From positions 117,738,001 through 117,802,000 of the forward strand of contig OZ024741.1 in the NCBI GenBank assembly GCA_964016885.1: a stretch of DNA of 64,000 bases. Reading direction: 5' to 3'. The notes under the pieces were generated by a model, which worked only from the letters and a program-made list of their open reading frames with translations, searched no databases and was not told the origin of the DNA. Positions 61,694 through 64,000 of this stretch are shown here, in pieces. The stretch is from Eledone cirrhosa (taxonomy: Eukaryota). Positions within the stretch are counted from its first letter, which is position 1, and each line of letters starts with the position of its first letter. Position numbers and translations under genes: made by a program.

Positions 61694-62373
61694 ATTTATA
61701 CATACACACACATATATGTATGTATATATATATGTATATATATGTGTGTGTGTGAGTGCCCACCAGCTCTCCTCTCTGCTGAGGCCTGGCCACCAGACAT
61801 CCCCTCTGCTTAAGTCTGATAGCAATGATTTATATTTTCTCTATCTCACTTCTAATGAATTACACTGTATTTGAATTAATTAATAAAGAATTTGGAGGAA
61901 TTTATTAAAGTTATTAAGTATTTTATTATTAGGGTGAAATTGGCGATATAATTTAACAAAAAAATGTTCTATCAATTTATGTTGGAAGATTTTAATTCAA
62001 GCAGAGACCCTTTAAAAGAGATGGTTTAGGGTAGTTTGATATTGAAAGGGTTAATCTCATCACCATCATCATCGTTTAACATCCGTTTTCTTTGCTCGCA
62101 AGGCTTGGACGGATCGTTACAGACTGGTCAATACTCTTAGATGAGCCAGGCTCCTACATATATTTCTACACGGTATCAATTACTCCAACAAGCCGGGGAA
62201 CATCATCTTATCGTGGAAACAAAACTAATGATATTGTCATGTCTTTGGCATGGCTGAAGAGTCCTCCCAACCTTTTGTTTGGCAAGTTTTCTACATTTGG
62301 ATGTGTTTCCTTTCACCAAATCACTTTACAGAGTGTACTGCGTGCGGGAAAACAAAAAACATATTTAACTTAC

Positions 62374-62573
62374 CTATTAAACCATAAACGGCTGCTGGTA
62401 GGAATGTTATTATTGTTATAAGTTCACGGCTATCTGGGTATTCAGTATTTAAATCAGCAAAGTACAGATGTAAAGAAACAATGACGCTGTGTACCAGAAC
62501 ATTACAGATGAAAGCTGAGATAACCACCACGACACCTTCTACTTTTTCATAACATGTGAGAGGAGTTCTTTCA
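62374..62573 (-). CDS. SLC16/MCT-like transporter exon (TM1-TM2); upstream start exon not identified
   Basis: Acceptor atcatttag, donor G|gtaagt; VVVISAFICNVL...LYFADLNTEY; phase compatible with the next exon. Confidence 0.78.
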
Positions 62574-63127
62574 CTAAATGATACAATATAGATATAAATA
62601 TATAGCCACAATTCTTGAAATGTACGCATTTAAAACTGGTGATTGGGTGATATAGAAAACATAAGCTCCGTTAATGGAAATTGCAACCCTGACCAGAAAA
62701 GATCGATGAAACTTTTTGAAGTATTTTTGAAGGTGTTCAAATAATAACTGAGTATTAAGTATAAATATATGCATACACACATACAACCATACACACATAC
62801 ATACATATACATACATACATACATGCATACATACACATACACACATACATACATAGACACATACACACACATACGCACACACATACATACAACCATACAT
62901 ACATACAACCATACACACATACAGACATACACATACACACACACATACATTCATACATACACACACATACAATCAAACATACATACATACAACCATACAA
63001 ACATACAAACATACACACACACACATACATACATACAGCCATACACACATACATTCATACATACATACACACGCATATATATACATACATACATACACAG
63101 ACACATACACACACACATACACATACA

Positions 63128-64000
63128 GAGTCCTCAAACACTCCTTCCAGCGGGTCCTGTCATAAGCAACCATTTTCGACTGATCTGGCTGGATTCCCAA
63201 GTGAGACCAGCCAAGCTCATGGATGTTATCCAACCATCTCTTCCTTGGGGTTTACCCTTGGATCTGCTGCCGATTTGTTTTGCCCGTAAAATCTTTCCTG
63301 CCCATAGTATTGTAGCTGTGATCTCTCAATTCAGAGAAGCAGCAGCTATACCTGGAGTGACCTTCTGATCTCTGAACTATGCACTCCATCGAGTAACATT
63401 ACTGCAAAGACCCTTTAGAGGAATCCCATTTTGGACGCTTGTATTCACGATCGTATTCTTTCGGTCTTTACCCAAGATTCATGACCATAGGTAAGGGTTG
63501 GCACAAATACCGAATTGAAGATAACAAGTTTGGCTTGTACACCTGCCTCTCTTCTTCTGATTACCAAATGCTGAAGGTGGCGCATTATTGCACCAGCTCC
63601 TGCAATTCTTGCACTTAATTCAGCCTTCTGCCTGCCATCACTTGTGAACACATAGCCTCGAGATACTTGAACTTCTTCCCCTGATTCAGTGGAACTCCAT
63701 TCACATGTAGAGTGCACTACGCAGGCTTCCTTGAGAGGACGAGTATCAGTTTTCGCAGCACTGATTTTCATTCCAGCCACGCAGTACTCGGCATCGAACT
63801 TATCAAGTGCAAGTCGGAGATCACCTTCTGTCGAGTTAAGTAACACCTTGTCGTCTGCAAATTCCAGCGGGCTAATTTTACACCCACCAGTCGTGATACC
63901 ACTTCCAGCCCGGCTGCACATGTTAATCCAGTTCATTAAAATAATGAACAGGGGAGGTGACAGTATGAGACTTGATGGAGTCCGACTCCCACATTGAATG
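63128..64000 (-). mobile_element. Decayed RTE-clade LINE of a different family (RT to C-terminus), truncated by the window edge
   Basis: FADD, GMKIS..KT, FTSDGR, FVPTLTYGHESWV..ERIRS; ends in (TATG)-type repeats. Confidence 0.8.

Overview
AT-rich, microsatellite-dense eukaryotic DNA. The SINE, RTE and microsatellite make-up suggests an octopus or other coleoid cephalopod, but this is inference. Two host genes are supported: an intronless somatomedin-B-like/Cys-rich family-B (Mth-like/adhesion-type) GPCR (35050-36987, +) and four exons of a divergent SLC16/monocarboxylate-transporter-like gene (49432-62573, -; first exon not found). The rest is transposon-derived. The most striking structure is a 14-kb head-to-tail array of five different Tx1-like (L1-clade) non-LTR retrotransposons (15857-30133, all -), with (GATA)n at every junction. 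Other non-LTR families each sit in their own microsatellite: RTE in (TA)n, one R4/Dong family in (CATA)n/(CA)n and another in (TAA)n. The window also has RTEs with a PHD finger inside the RT, two intact-looking minimal hammerhead ribozymes, a 1.6-kb Penelope-derived palindrome, Helitrons, a solo LTR, a mariner relic, several foldback elements and many tRNA-derived SINEs. All calls come from reading the sequence; no database search was run, and repeat boundaries are approximate.
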